The position numbers and the translations under genes were made by a program. A stretch of 63,899 nucleotides of DNA, counting the filler, from Chiloscyllium plagiosum (Eukaryota), in NCBI RefSeq assembly GCF_004010195.1. It is 4 parts of 2 records of this genome, joined end to end, with 100 filler letters (N's around TTAATTAATTAA, not from the genome) between each part and the next. Parts side by side here need not be neighbours in the genome. Positions count along the whole stretch, not along the records: positions 56,841 to 63,899 come from NC_057714.1; 3 more parts are not named here. One strand, 5' to 3'. This document shows, one piece after another, positions 63,179-63,899 of this stretch; position 1 is the first letter of the stretch, and each line of letters begins with the position of its first letter. The notes beneath the pieces were generated by a model that had not been told where the DNA came from, did not search any database, and saw nothing but the letters and a program-made list of their open reading frames with translations.

Positions 63179-63538
63179 ATAGACAATAGGTGCAGGAGTA
63201 GGCCATTCTGCCCTTCGAGCCTGCACCACCATTCATTATGATCATGGCTGAACATCCTCAATCAGTATCCTGTTCCTGCCATATCTCCATAACCCTTGAT
63301 TCCACTATCCTTGCGAGCTCTATCCAACTCTTTCTTAAATGAATCCAGAGAATGGGCCTCCACTGCCTTCTGGGGCAGAGCATTCCACACACACGCCACT
63401 CTCTGTGTGAAGACGTTTCTCCTTATCTCTGTCCTAAATGGCCTACCTCTTATTTTTAAGCTGTGTCCTCTGGTTCGGGACTCATCCATCAGCAGAAACA
63501 TGTTTCCTGCCTCCAGAGTGTCCAATCCTTTAATAATC
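63179..63538 (-). mobile_element. CR1 3' end
   Basis: ESRTRGHSLKIRGRPFRTEIRRNVFTQRV. Confidence 0.92.
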
Positions 63539-63539
63539 T

Positions 63540-63899
63540 GAGACTGGGAGCATAGGCTGTCGGGGAAGGATGTCGTGGAAATGTGGAACTTTTTCAAGGA
63601 ACAGATACGACGTGTCCTTGATATGTATGTACCGGTCAGGCAGGAAAGAAATGGTCGTGTGAGGGACCTTGGTTGACGAGGGAGGGTTGAATGTCTAGAA
63701 AGAAGAAGAAGGAGGCTTACATAAGGTTGAGGAAACAGGGTTCAGACAGAGCAGTGGAGGGATACAGGATAGCCAGAAGGGACCTGAAAAAAGGGATTAG
63801 GAGAGCCAAGAGAGGGCATGAAAAATCTCTGGCGGATAGGATCAAGGATAACCCAAAGGCATTTTATGCGTATGTGAGAAACATGAGAATGACAAGAAC
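63540..63899 (+). mobile_element. CR1 ORF2 linker region
   Basis: MWNFFKEQI...RRAKRGHEKSLADRIKDNPKAFYAYVR. Confidence 0.88.

Noticed and set aside
1..63899. CRISPR array or prokaryotic operon
   Set aside because: No regularly spaced direct repeats; spliced vertebrate gene context

Overview
Vertebrate (elasmobranch/shark-like, judged from HE1-type V-SINEs and CR1/HER1 LINEs) genomic DNA. The only host gene is chd7 on the minus strand. Nine consecutive 3' coding exons (human-equivalent exons 30-38: SANT-like region, both BRK domains, C-terminus, stop at 8503) splice in frame. One isolated 5' exon (human-equivalent exon 4) lies at 52459-52594. Exons 5-29 (chromodomains, SNF2 helicase) were not found and probably fall in the artificial 100-bp gap at 40992-41091. 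Three gaps carry a synthetic TTAATTAATTAA linker. Introns and flank are packed with CR1 LINEs, tRNA-derived SINEs, a Tigger-like end, a probable solo LTR and a degenerate histone H2B copy. The most notable signal is a dense set of Penelope-like elements (Poseidon- and Neptune-type) and their short, often TSD-flanked fold-back derivatives. These carry minimal hammerhead-ribozyme motifs (CUGANGA-stem II-GAAA-palindromic stem III) in at least four sequence families with compensating stem II changes; some intact copies lie in the chd7 sense strand. Exon numbering and family names come from recalled knowledge, not a database search; repeat boundaries are approximate.
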